From the sequence record PQ066597.1: 64,000 nt of DNA. One strand, written 5' to 3'. The notes under the pieces are model-generated. The model was not told the DNA's origin. It ran no database searches and saw only the letters and a list, made by a program, of their open reading frames with translations. Below are positions 9,006-18,842 of this stretch, piece by piece. Within the stretch, counting starts at the first letter, position 1, and every line of letters begins with the position of its first letter. Both the position numbers and the translations under genes were made by a program.

Positions 9006-10115
9006 TTAACCGAACAACTGGTCAACTTCATCAAACACTTCCTGAGATACTTCAACTGCTTTCAGTTTGTATGCATCAGACACAGCATCCATAAAAGGCT
9101 TATGAGAAAACATGGGTTTCCAGAATTCCAGAGAGTTGGAATCCTCTTCTGTCCATTTCTTTTCATCATCGGTGATCAGATACATCTCACCAGTTTCAAG
9201 GTCGAGATAATTGCGCTGATAACGTGCGTTTTGTGGTTTGGTAACAAAACCAAGCTCTTGTGCAATCTTTAGCAAACCTGAATATGTATTAATACCACCT
9301 TGGAAGGAAACTTGCAAGTCCAATTTGGATTTTTCTTTGATAGTTCGGCTCTTTTCCGCATTCATAACAAAGTTATAACCCAACAGCTCTTTGCCATCTT
9401 TATCCTGTTGTTTACCAAGAATAATAACGGTGTCGGCGGAATACATCGGACCAGTGCCGCCACTCATAACAGTTTTACTGTACATCTCTTGGGTTTCGTA
9501 TGTGTGGTTTACAGCAATACACGGAATGTCATTAACAGTCAGGTAAGGGGTAACCATACGGAACAGACTCTTGATCTGCTTTGCTCGGGTCATATCCTGT
9601 GCAGACTTTTCATTCTTCGCATCTTCAAGTTCTTTCTTAGAAGCAACGTTACCGATAGAGTCAATATAGATAATAACCTTATCACCACGTTTGACAGCTT
9701 CCAGTTTCTTAACGATATCGAATTTAAGTTCTTCTACGTCAATAAACGGACAATGTACAACCCGGTCAATATCTACACCTTGAGAAGTAAAATAATCAGG
9801 AGTAGAACCGAATTCATTATCAAAGAACAGACAAACTGCATCCGGATACTTACGAAGATAAGCAGAAACCAGAACCAAACTCAGGTTAGATTTAAAGTGT
9901 TTAGACGGTCCGGCAATACAAGTTAGACCCGGCTTCAAACCACCATCAAGATGACCACTCAACATCAGGTTAATGATCGGGACACGAGTCCGGATTACAT
10001 CCTTGTCGTTAAAGAAAACGCTATCGGATAGCATAGAACTCATTTTATTTGAGGAAGTACCAGACAGACGTTCCAGAAGGGCACCAGTATTAACCGTTTT
10101 TGCTTTTTTAGCCAT
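9006..10115 (-). CDS. uvsX: RecA-like recombinase UvsX
   Basis: AGPSKHFKS Walker A, FDNEFG, IDSIGN, SGGTGPMYSAD. Confidence 0.97.
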   Translation of the reverse strand: MAKKAKTVNTGALLERLSGTSSNKMSSMLSDSVFFNDKDVIRTRVPIINLMLSGHLDGGLKPGLTCIAGPSKHFKSNLSLVLVSAYLRKYPDAVCLFFDNEFGSTPDYFTSQGVDIDRVVHCPFIDVEELKFDIVKKLEAVKRGDKVIIYIDSIGNVASKKELEDAKNEKSAQDMTRAKQIKSLFRMVTPYLTVNDIPCIAVNHTYETQEMYSKTVMSGGTGPMYSADTVIILGKQQDKDGKELLGYNFVMNAEKSRTIKEKSKLDLQVSFQGGINTYSGLLKIAQELGFVTKPQNARYQRNYLDLETGEMYLITDDEKKWTEEDSNSLEFWKPMFSHKPFMDAVSDAYKLKAVEVSQEVFDEVDQLFG

Positions 10116-10141
10116 TTTAATTTTCCTATATTAATATTTAA

Positions 10142-10552
10142 TTATTTAAATTCTTTTTCTAAAATCTCATGGTTCTTTCTTTTCGTCTTTATATCTTCTG
10201 GTAAATGTTTTAATCCAGAAAGGCGGATATATGTCGAATCTCTTGTAAGGAAGATAGATTTAAACTCACTTGAACCTTTAAATGGAGATTCAAACTCGAT
10301 TTTAATCACATCTCTATTTGGATTGACTTTAATGGCGAACCTAGAAATAAGTTCTTTATTGATGGAATTTTCTACAACTCTACTAACAAACTTAACCATA
10401 TCATCCGAATAATTCGGTTGATTGATAAATTCTTGGGTGAAACACTTATCTCGTATTGCATCAGAAATATCTGTATTTATATGTTCTTTTACCATTTTGT
10501 AATGGTCACCTGCGACCAAAATATCATGATACTTACTTTTTTGATCTGTCAT
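10142..10552 (-). CDS. hypothetical protein (where T4 has beta-gt/42/imm)
   Basis: 136-aa ORF with SD; no motif recognised. Confidence 0.65.
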   Translation of the reverse strand: MTDQKSKYHDILVAGDHYKMVKEHINTDISDAIRDKCFTQEFINQPNYSDDMVKFVSRVVENSINKELISRFAIKVNPNRDVIKIEFESPFKGSSEFKSIFLTRDSTYIRLSGLKHLPEDIKTKRKNHEILEKEFK

Positions 10553-10616
10553 TTTATTTTCCTTTTGGATTGTAGAGAGATTATATCATCAATAATCTCT
10601 CCATTTAATTTTTGTT

Positions 10617-11792
10617 TTAACCAAACAAGTCATCAAGAGAAAAATTTGCAGGACTTTCTTGTTTCCACCCAATAGCATCGCAGATATTACCAAGCGGCTT
10701 TTGGAAGTGTTTACAATACATACCAACGAAATCAATATCTTTTTCCGGATTAATTCCGAATTCGTCTGGGATCTTATCGCCAGAAGGCCAAGCAATAGTT
10801 TCAATATGATATTTATTCGGAACCTTCAACATCGCATACTGAATTTTTTCACCAGAACGGATTGGGTCAACATAGGATACTGATTTCAACTGATCACAAA
10901 TCTTGTTGTAGTTAATAGCTGCTTTAACGTGACCGGGACAACCAGATTTATGATTGAAAAATTCGTCTGAGTTCTTTTCAATATTATTTGCGCTACTTAC
11001 TTGTGCAATCTTACGATAATCCTGTTTTGGATATTCACCCTTTACCTTGTCAACGTGAGCATGGAGATTTGTTTCATTCTCAGTCAAAATGATGTCAATC
11101 GCTTTTTCAAGGCATTCTGACGCAAAAGGTGGTGTACTGCTACGGCGTGTCTCGATACCCATAATCTTGAGCTTTGGAACTACATTACCATGAGAGTCTA
11201 GTTTTCTCTTACCTTCGTTATCCCACACAGATAGAGCATATCGTTTCTTAGCGGTCCAGAACCCACGAGTTGCGATTACTTCACGGTCCATGAACAATTT
11301 ATGGTCGAAATAGTTCATGTAATCTTTCAGTTCGCGATAACATTCATCGATATATGGCTCGACCATATTCTTTGCGAACTTATCAAGCATATCAACCCAT
11401 TTAATAGGTTCTACATCCTCAATCTTAACGCCTTTCTTGTCTGCCATCATTTTAACGAAGTTTTCAACACAAACATATTGAGAGTCGGTATCACAATAGA
11501 TAACGTAATCTACGTCTTCTGTGTTACACAGCTTATTGAAATACTCGTTCGTTTTTCTGGCAATCCATTTAATGGATAACTGACCACCCATCGTAATTGA
11601 TTCAGCCATTCGTAGATCATAATAACGACCCACAGGATGACCCAAAGACCCATAAAGAGAGTTGATCAATACCTTTTTTGCTTGTTGGGTTACGTTACAT
11701 ACTTTCTCATATTTCCGACAGTCGGAGATGAGCTTTTTCAGCTCATCGTCTGTCATATTTTCCAATTGTTCATCGGTATAATCTAGATTCAT
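10617..11792 (-). CDS. 43B: family B DNA polymerase, C-terminal subunit (gp43B)
   Basis: KVLINSLYG (motif B), YCDTDS (motif C), KKRYA, C-terminal clamp motif SLDDLFG; own SD AAGAGGA. Confidence 0.95.
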   Translation of the reverse strand: MNLDYTDEQLENMTDDELKKLISDCRKYEKVCNVTQQAKKVLINSLYGSLGHPVGRYYDLRMAESITMGGQLSIKWIARKTNEYFNKLCNTEDVDYVIYCDTDSQYVCVENFVKMMADKKGVKIEDVEPIKWVDMLDKFAKNMVEPYIDECYRELKDYMNYFDHKLFMDREVIATRGFWTAKKRYALSVWDNEGKRKLDSHGNVVPKLKIMGIETRRSSTPPFASECLEKAIDIILTENETNLHAHVDKVKGEYPKQDYRKIAQVSSANNIEKNSDEFFNHKSGCPGHVKAAINYNKICDQLKSVSYVDPIRSGEKIQYAMLKVPNKYHIETIAWPSGDKIPDEFGINPEKDIDFVGMYCKHFQKPLGNICDAIGWKQESPANFSLDDLFG

Positions 11793-13312
11793 TTATCATT
11801 CCTCTTTGCCAAGATTGCAGCAGCTCTAGTTGCAAGGGCATCAGCTTTAAACTCTTCGGTCTTGGCTTGTTTCCGTTGGACAAACACCTTCTCAACTTCA
11901 ATAGGAAGGAAACCGCGTTTGTCATTTCGATAACGAACACCATTTGGGGCGACGGAATATTTACCTTCATGAGGAACATCAAACGTCTTGTTAACCAAAC
12001 CCATACCTTCAATATCAGGAACCATACGGTCTTTAACCAAGATACGAGGGAAATCAACCTGATCAACCAAAGTCTCGGGAGAGATATTCTTACCCATGAT
12101 TTCGTGTGGATAAAGGGAAGTCAAGTCAAACGAAATAAGCCACTCATACAACCCCGGAATCGGGTCCTTAACATATGCGCCAGCGAACTTAGACCGTTGG
12201 GCATGTTTGTTTTCAGGGATAATTACGTTATTGGCAAGGAGGCTGTTATAAATGATAGCATCCCAAGTTTTCAACGGACTGAATACGTCTGGTGCGTTGA
12301 TACTCGCATAATAGGATACAGACGCAATCAGGAATATCAAACTCAATGTTTCTTCCAGTCGTTTGATAATTTCAACGTCTCGAATAGAGTAATCGATATA
12401 AGTCTGTGGATTCTTTTCAGCAAACATCAAGTAGGTTTTATAAGTCATTTCGACTTTATTTGTTTTAAGTTCTGCTTCCGCAATCGTATCTAGTTTATAG
12501 TTTGGTCGTGTGGTAAAAGTAAACTTCTTATATGCTGCCATGAAGTCAACACAGTTTACACCTTGGATAGTGTAGGTGGTGTAATCTTCGTCGTTGTCAT
12601 CCTTTTGGGTGATCTCTGTAGTCTCACCAAATGGACTCAGTTTATGGATAAATTTTTCACCAAGGACTTTTTTAATACGACCCATGATATAGGGAATATC
12701 AAAAAACTCACTATTCCACCCACTAAGATAATGGGGTGTATTCGTACAGAAAAAGTGCATGAACTTAATCAGGATTTCTTTTTCAGACCCACACAAAACA
12801 TATTCAACGTCGTCAAGAACCTTCTTATCCAGAATAGATTTACATGCATCCCATTCACGAATAGTCCAGATATAATATTTTTTTGATTTGGTACTATAGA
12901 TCTGAATGGTATCTATTTCATACTTCGTTTCTTCTGCTTGTGGGAAAGGTCCATCAGTTGGGACCTCGATATCCAAAAACATAATATCAAGATATGTATA
13001 ATCATAATACACATTAGAGCCGTAAGTATCAGAGATATATTGGAATGTGTAATTATCCATACCCAATACGTCTTTTCCCATAGACTGCATATCTTTAAAC
13101 CATTTCCTAGCTTCGCTAACAGAATCTAGTTTCTTAGGCAAACAACGCTTACCGAAAATATCCCGATATGGAGTATCAATATGGTCACCAACATGACGAT
13201 ACATAGTTGGTTCATATCTAACCTTTCGGATCTTATCATTACCGTTATCATCGAAATATCGGTCGTAAATGGTATTTCCATCTAGCCAAACACTTGTATA
13301 AAAATTCATCAC
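11789..13312 (-). CDS. 43A: family B DNA polymerase, N-terminal subunit (gp43A)
   Basis: LDIEV (Exo I), WNSEFFDIPY (Exo II), YSIRDV (Exo III), SFDLTSLYP (motif A); ends in the fingers helix. Confidence 0.95.
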   Translation of the reverse strand: MMNFYTSVWLDGNTIYDRYFDDNGNDKIRKVRYEPTMYRHVGDHIDTPYRDIFGKRCLPKKLDSVSEARKWFKDMQSMGKDVLGMDNYTFQYISDTYGSNVYYDYTYLDIMFLDIEVPTDGPFPQAEETKYEIDTIQIYSTKSKKYYIWTIREWDACKSILDKKVLDDVEYVLCGSEKEILIKFMHFFCTNTPHYLSGWNSEFFDIPYIMGRIKKVLGEKFIHKLSPFGETTEITQKDDNDEDYTTYTIQGVNCVDFMAAYKKFTFTTRPNYKLDTIAEAELKTNKVEMTYKTYLMFAEKNPQTYIDYSIRDVEIIKRLEETLSLIFLIASVSYYASINAPDVFSPLKTWDAIIYNSLLANNVIIPENKHAQRSKFAGAYVKDPIPGLYEWLISFDLTSLYPHEIMGKNISPETLVDQVDFPRILVKDRMVPDIEGMGLVNKTFDVPHEGKYSVAPNGVRYRNDKRGFLPIEVEKVFVQRKQAKTEEFKADALATRAAAILAKRNDK

Positions 13313-13328
13313 ATAATCCTCTTATAGA

Positions 13329-13354
13329 TACGGGGATCTTATCAGATCCCCATA
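13329..13354 (-). promoter_or_regulatory. hairpin just upstream of the gene 43A SD, candidate translational operator
   Basis: Minus strand TATGGGGATCT-GATA-AGATCCCCGTA, no U-tract after it, 5-6 nt before SD AGAGG. Confidence 0.5.
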
Positions 13355-13360
13355 GATGGT

Positions 13361-13723
13361 TTAACTTTTCTTGAAAATATACTTACTTTTTAAGGTCCAA
13401 TCTGGTTTATCTTTATGTTGGATAATGTGAAATTCATAAACTTTTGGTGGATTGATTAGGTCTATGATAGAGCACAAACCCCAATCTTCTAAAAGAGATG
13501 TAATGTCGTCACGACGGTCAATGTCCTCTTGTGAGATCACAACATCAAGCCCATCCCGACGCAATAGCTCTTTGAAGTGAGCAATATAATAGAAACCATG
13601 TTTTCTAACAATGTGACAACTTTGCCACAACTTTTTTTGTTCTCGGTTTGCAATACCGATGCGGGTTAAGGTTTCTTGAATTGAAAGGAAGTCTGTTGCT
13701 TCCTGAATACCGATACGAATCAT
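13361..13723 (-). CDS. regA: translational repressor RegA
   Basis: ETLTRIGIAN...LWQSCHI...YYIAHFKELL..DG; 120 aa from the second ATG. Confidence 0.95.
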   Translation of the reverse strand: MIRIGIQEATDFLSIQETLTRIGIANREQKKLWQSCHIVRKHGFYYIAHFKELLRRDGLDVVISQEDIDRRDDITSLLEDWGLCSIIDLINPPKVYEFHIIQHKDKPDWTLKSKYIFKKS

Positions 13724-13727
13724 ATTT

Positions 13728-14306
13728 TTACCATTTCTTGACCACGCCATATAGGCGGGTTCTTTCTGTTTTATTTGGTGCAAACTTCAAAAAATCACAA
13801 TCTGGTGAAGTAACAATACCCTTGTAAAGCTTCTTAATCGCTCTCAGTTGCGTTTCATCATGAAGTTCGATGAAGTCCTTAGCCTTGGAATCGGATACGC
13901 TGTAGTGTCTAGCTAGGAGCTTTACGATAAGGATATAATCCCAGTCATTACTAGCTTTAGCAGCCTTCATAAAAGGTAACTGACATTTAACTACGGTGTG
14001 ATACAGATAATCATAATGCATTTGATCCGTGATACAACCAGCCCACTGGTTAAGCTCGGAAGCATAACCAACCATATGTGCGTGTTGGGATATCATCATG
14101 TTTATCATGTACTGGTCGTAATCTGCAAATTCCCTGACATTTTTGTAACCCGTTTTCTGGGTTACATTTTTAATTATCTCGAATAAGCTTTTGTCTTTAT
14201 CAACCTTAAACTCGTTACAGAGTTCCTTGACTTTATCCCAATCCTTATTATCCCATGCTAAACGGTGTTCATTCGGGGTTTCTAGCCCAAGGAAGTCTAA
14301 ACTCAT
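13728..14306 (-). CDS. 62: clamp loader small subunit gp62
   Basis: Position, size, ITDQMHYDYL and N-terminal SLDFL. Confidence 0.88.
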   Translation of the reverse strand: MSLDFLGLETPNEHRLAWDNKDWDKVKELCNEFKVDKDKSLFEIIKNVTQKTGYKNVREFADYDQYMINMMISQHAHMVGYASELNQWAGCITDQMHYDYLYHTVVKCQLPFMKAAKASNDWDYILIVKLLARHYSVSDSKAKDFIELHDETQLRAIKKLYKGIVTSPDCDFLKFAPNKTERTRLYGVVKKW

Positions 14307-15283
14307 TTCCAGTTAACCTCACATGCCATATCAGACAACATATCCATAAGATGAATTTCCATATTTGGTACAGTGCTTGCAAATTTCTGGAATTCGGCAA
14401 GGATCTTAATCATCATACGATAAGATTGTCCGGTAACTTGGGTAGTTGCCCGCTCATAAAATGCGTTTACAAAGTTCACATAGTCACTAGAGAAGTTAGG
14501 AACCAGTTGACGGATTTCTTGAACTTTCTTGGCTTTAATAAGCTCGAAAAGTTTTTCCATTTCCTTTGTAGAACGATTTACGGAAGTCAGTACACCTTCG
14601 TCAATATAACCACATGCAGCATATTTGTTCATCTCTGTAATAGTGGTTCGGAAGTTTGGGAAATTCTTTTTAACCAAAGCAGCAATAGAATTTTTATCCC
14701 GAATTTCGATTCCTTCTTCTTTACAGATTGCAAAGCAGCGAACAATCATTTCTTTCATCATACGAAGTTCGTCAGCTTTGACCAATTCTTCTGATTCTTC
14801 AACCACTTTACCAAATTCAAAAATACGGAACCGGCTACGAAGAGGATCAATAATCTTTTCGATATTGTTACAAGTCATAATAATGGTACAGTTACCACCA
14901 TATGCTTCCATCCAACTACGAAGCTCTTTTTGTACTGCTGACATATCATCGTTATCACCTTCATCGATGATGATAATTTTTCCGCCTTTCTTACGTGTGC
15001 TGGTGCTGGCGAAGTCAGTTAGAGTAGTCCGAAGGTCATTAATCCGAAGATTACCACCCGAAATAAACATAACATCAGCATCTACATCATTAGCTAGTGC
15101 GAGTGCGGTGGTTGTTTTGCCAGTACCGGGGGACTTAGAACAAAGGAGAAGATGGGGGATCCGACCAAGCTTAATCAGACCATTAAAACGCTCAATATCG
15201 TGACGGGGAAGAATACATTCTGCGATGGATTGGGGACGAAATTTCATTTCCATCATGTGATGGGAATTATCAACTGACAACAT
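14303..15283 (-). CDS. 44: clamp loader AAA+ subunit gp44
   Basis: KFRPQSIAECILP, SPGTGKTT, IIIDEGD, PLRSR. Confidence 0.96.
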   Translation of the reverse strand: MLSVDNSHHMMEMKFRPQSIAECILPRHDIERFNGLIKLGRIPHLLLCSKSPGTGKTTTALALANDVDADVMFISGGNLRINDLRTTLTDFASTSTRKKGGKIIIIDEGDNDDMSAVQKELRSWMEAYGGNCTIIMTCNNIEKIIDPLRSRFRIFEFGKVVEESEELVKADELRMMKEMIVRCFAICKEEGIEIRDKNSIAALVKKNFPNFRTTITEMNKYAACGYIDEGVLTSVNRSTKEMEKLFELIKAKKVQEIRQLVPNFSSDYVNFVNAFYERATTQVTGQSYRMMIKILAEFQKFASTVPNMEIHLMDMLSDMACEVNWK

Positions 15284-15353
15284 ATCAAAAACCTCTTTTA
15301 TATCATTATCTAAAAATTCATAAAGCCCCGCCCTAACGACGGGGAAAAACCTA

Positions 15354-16046
15354 TCAGGACAAAGTAGATGCTTTGTTCATGGAAATTACATAAGTCACTT
15401 GCGGGCACTTAAACTGTGCTGCACCACGGATACATTTTACTGAGGTATCACCGGTAAGATAAGAAAGGTGTTTCATATCAAAACGAAGATCGAAATCACC
15501 AGCGTATTCAGTTTCACCGATAACCACATCAAACTGGTTGCTTTCCTGCTCGGATACACCACCGGATTTATCGACATAAAACAAGCGAGCTACGATTTTA
15601 CCATCTTCTTTGATGAATTTCAACATATTCAGTTTAAGAGTATTACCCATTGCTTGAAGACGGGAAATATCATCAGCTTTCAGATCAAACTCAATTTGAG
15701 CCGCTGGGAATACAATAGGCTTTTTCGGGTAAACAATCAGACTTTCTTGACTCATAATCAGAGTTGCTTTAGCCCCGGATTCATGTTTGAGATTCAATTT
15801 CAGATCATCATCTTTGTTATCGACGGTCATTTCCATTTCACCCTTGAAGTTATTAATAACACCAAGGAGTTGATCCATCGCATAGAGACAGATTTTGTGT
15901 TCAAATGTATCTTCTACGGTTGCTTCTGCGTAGATATTACCATCGGCGGTACGGGTGTTGATATAATTACCCGGCTGGATCAGGATAGATGGGTTGATAG
16001 AAGAAAACAATTTCAGAATTTCGATAGTGGACTTATTAATTTTCAT
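15354..16046 (-). CDS. 45: sliding clamp gp45
   Basis: MKINKSTIEILKLFSSINPSI N-terminus, 230 aa, syntenic. Confidence 0.92.
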   Translation of the reverse strand: MKINKSTIEILKLFSSINPSILIQPGNYINTRTADGNIYAEATVEDTFEHKICLYAMDQLLGVINNFKGEMEMTVDNKDDDLKLNLKHESGAKATLIMSQESLIVYPKKPIVFPAAQIEFDLKADDISRLQAMGNTLKLNMLKFIKEDGKIVARLFYVDKSGGVSEQESNQFDVVIGETEYAGDFDLRFDMKHLSYLTGDTSVKCIRGAAQFKCPQVTYVISMNKASTLS

Positions 16047-16069
16047 TGAGACATTACCTTTTAATCAGA

Positions 16070-16258
16070 TTAGTATTTTTTGAAGGCATCCCAAAATTTA
16101 TGGGAACCGTTTATAATTTTAGTTAGTTCTTCTGGTGAGAACCGTTCTTCTAGATCCTGCATTGTAACAACAAGCTCTATAGGGTCATCCGTGACCTTAT
16201 TAGTAAGAACCCAGAAGTCCTTATATTCTGGGTACATTTCGTGAAGATTGTAAAACAT
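16070..16258 (-). CDS. 45.2: gp45.2-like protein
   Basis: Small ORF between 45 and 46 ending EELTKIINGSHKFWDAFK. Confidence 0.7.
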   Translation of the reverse strand: MFYNLHEMYPEYKDFWVLTNKVTDDPIELVVTMQDLEERFSPEELTKIINGSHKFWDAFKKY

Positions 16259-18588
16259 TATTCTCTTTCCATTACAGTGAAACGACCTTTCTTTGTCATT
16301 TTCATATGCGATGTGAAGCTATCGTCACGGTTTTCTACTCGGTGGGAAATAATAAAGGTGTTTCCTCCAATCTCATTGAGAAGACGGTTAACCGCATATA
16401 CACCTTCGGAATCCATACCACCATCAAAGATTTCATCAAGGATCAACATGGAAATATTTGTCCCAGAAACCAACGACGCGATATATCTCCAAGTAAACAG
16501 AAGTGCGATATTGATACGAGCTTTTTCACCTTGTGAGAATGACATATAAGTAAACTCATCACGACCACGAGATTTGATAGTTTCCTCGAAAGATTCATTC
16601 AGAGAGAAAACATAATCAGCACCAGTAATACCAAGGTATTCGTTAATCTTTGAGTTAAACAGAGGGATATATTTCTTAACGATGTCGCCCTTGATGGCAT
16701 CATCTTTAAGCATGTCCTTAAGTATACCACAACTAAACTTCTGATTGAAAAGTTCTTCGTTCTCTTTTGCCTTTTCAGATAGGATAGACTGGACTTCCGC
16801 CATTCTCGGAGATTCGAAAACCTTAGATTTTAGATTGTCAATATTATCCTTGATGAATTTAGCCATCTCGGTATTTTCAGCAATAGATTTTTCTGTTGCT
16901 GCGATGGTAGATTCAATTACCGCACGTTGACGAGCAATATCCTCAACTTTCCTGTTATGTTCAGCCGTCAAATCAGTAATCTTACGGTCTTTATCGATGT
17001 CAATCCGATCAAGTTGGGATTGTGTAGCACTCAGTTTGGTTTTGAGTTCTATCATCTCATTTGATTTTTGAGTTTCCAAAGAAGAGATCTTTCGTTTTGT
17101 CTCACCGGAAATAGTCTCAAGACGAGTTTTTAGAACACCAATCTTCTCTCGAACACCGCTATTATGTTCTGATACCTTACGTTGTTCCTTCAAAACCTCA
17201 TCAGAAATCGACTGGTTGAATTCCTTCTCTTGGTTAGACCACTCGGTTAGAGAAACCGCATACTCTTCTTCTGATGCACGTACAGCAGCTTTATCCGCAT
17301 CAATCAATGCAGTAATCTCAGAGATTTCAGATTCTACCTTTTCTTTTTCAGACTTAGCAGATTCCAGCTCATCGCGGATCGCGTCGACGTGACTGTGACC
17401 ATCAGAAACATCAGTACCACAAGTCGGACAAACTCCGTCAGCGAAGTTTTCAAGCGCCTTTGTTTTCTCTTTGATAATAAAATCAAGTTCGAACAAACGA
17501 CTGGACTTAACGGTTTTACGGTCACCCAGACTAACATCAATCTTGATTCGGTTATCTTCCGGTTTTGGAACCTCAAACGATTGAGATTTCAAACCAGAGA
17601 TTCGGTCGTCAAGGATCTTATCATCAATCAGAGTGGATTCCAACTCTTTGATTTCATTCAAGAAAGATGATTCACCAACAACTTCATTTTTTGCCTTCTC
17701 AATCAGTTCATCATATTTTGACTCAACACAGGAGATCTGATGTTTTGTGTTATCGATAGACAGACGGAGAACGTGACCGGAGTCAAGGTATTCCTGTTCG
17801 ATACGTTTAACAATTTCATCAATATCAGACGAATCCGGTTCAACAAGATCAACAAGAGAACCTTTCAGTTTCTCGATTTCACCTTTTGCTGAATGAATAC
17901 GAGAAACCAGAGTTTTAACCTGTTCTGTTTGTTGACTAATCGCAGCTTCGTTAGACACTTTTTGTTCTTCGATAGACTTTTCTATAGAACGATATTCATT
18001 CTCAAGACCAGTCATTTCAACCGAAACCAAATCATAAGCTGTATTAACTTGCTTTAGCTCTACGTTGTTAAGCTTGTTCATTTGACCAAGAACAGACAAT
18101 TTGAGAAGGTCTTCGACCATTGTCCGGCGTTGTTCTGGTTTCAGTTCCATAAAGGGAGTATAACCCGCAGTACCCAGAACAATCAACTGTTTAAAGCTCT
18201 CATGGGAAACTTTTAGAATATCTTCTTCAAGGATCCGTTGATATTCAATTGCGCTTGCTGCTTCTGGGATTGGTTCTCCATCAACAGTAACCTTAAAAAT
18301 TGTAGGTTTGATACCGCGCTCGATATGAACAACTTTACCGCCGATTGTAAGCTCCCCCTCGGTATGAAGGTTTTTCTTATTGATCTGGTTGATCAACTGA
18401 TCTTTCTTCAACTTACGGTATGGTTTACCGTACATAAGGAAAGACAGCGCTTCAATCATCGTTGATTTACCGGCACCATTAGACCCAGTAACCAAGGTCT
18501 TGGCGCTTTCGTCGAGTTGCACACGAATTGGAGCCGCACCAACCGACATAATATTTTTGTAACTAATCCAATTAAACGTAATATCCAT
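16258..18588 (-). CDS. 46: Rad50/SbcC-like recombination ATPase gp46 (long coiled coil)
   Basis: GSNGAGKST, CPTCG zinc hook, FSQGE signature, ILDEIFDG. Confidence 0.96.
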   Translation of the reverse strand: MDITFNWISYKNIMSVGAAPIRVQLDESAKTLVTGSNGAGKSTMIEALSFLMYGKPYRKLKKDQLINQINKKNLHTEGELTIGGKVVHIERGIKPTIFKVTVDGEPIPEAASAIEYQRILEEDILKVSHESFKQLIVLGTAGYTPFMELKPEQRRTMVEDLLKLSVLGQMNKLNNVELKQVNTAYDLVSVEMTGLENEYRSIEKSIEEQKVSNEAAISQQTEQVKTLVSRIHSAKGEIEKLKGSLVDLVEPDSSDIDEIVKRIEQEYLDSGHVLRLSIDNTKHQISCVESKYDELIEKAKNEVVGESSFLNEIKELESTLIDDKILDDRISGLKSQSFEVPKPEDNRIKIDVSLGDRKTVKSSRLFELDFIIKEKTKALENFADGVCPTCGTDVSDGHSHVDAIRDELESAKSEKEKVESEISEITALIDADKAAVRASEEEYAVSLTEWSNQEKEFNQSISDEVLKEQRKVSEHNSGVREKIGVLKTRLETISGETKRKISSLETQKSNEMIELKTKLSATQSQLDRIDIDKDRKITDLTAEHNRKVEDIARQRAVIESTIAATEKSIAENTEMAKFIKDNIDNLKSKVFESPRMAEVQSILSEKAKENEELFNQKFSCGILKDMLKDDAIKGDIVKKYIPLFNSKINEYLGITGADYVFSLNESFEETIKSRGRDEFTYMSFSQGEKARINIALLFTWRYIASLVSGTNISMLILDEIFDGGMDSEGVYAVNRLLNEIGGNTFIISHRVENRDDSFTSHMKMTKKGRFTVMERE

Positions 18589-18842
18589 TAACTCATAGCC
18601 TCAATAAGTTCATTACAAATTTGTTGGATGTTATACCGAATCATATGATCCTCTACCATATCTTTCTCGTCATATCGTCTCACGATTTGATATAGTTTCC
18701 CATCATCACCATAATATTGAATCTGGATAATAATAACACCGTCAACTACCATTACGCTGGGTGATGTATCATACCACCCAAGCCCATCATCATCTTCGTT
18801 TGCTTCTCGGAGAAAAGTACATATTCGATATACATCTATCAT
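18588..18842 (-). CDS. hypothetical protein between 47 and 46
   Basis: 84-aa ORF overlapping both neighbours. Confidence 0.7.
   Translation of the reverse strand: MIDVYRICTFLREANEDDDGLGWYDTSPSVMVVDGVIIIQIQYYGDDGKLYQIVRRYDEKDMVEDHMIRYNIQQICNELIEAMS

Noticed and set aside
11780-11810. Sequencing frameshift or programmed frameshift joining 43A and 43B
   Set aside because: 43B has its own SD and an ATGA overlap, no slippery site was seen, and the break matches the known split position.
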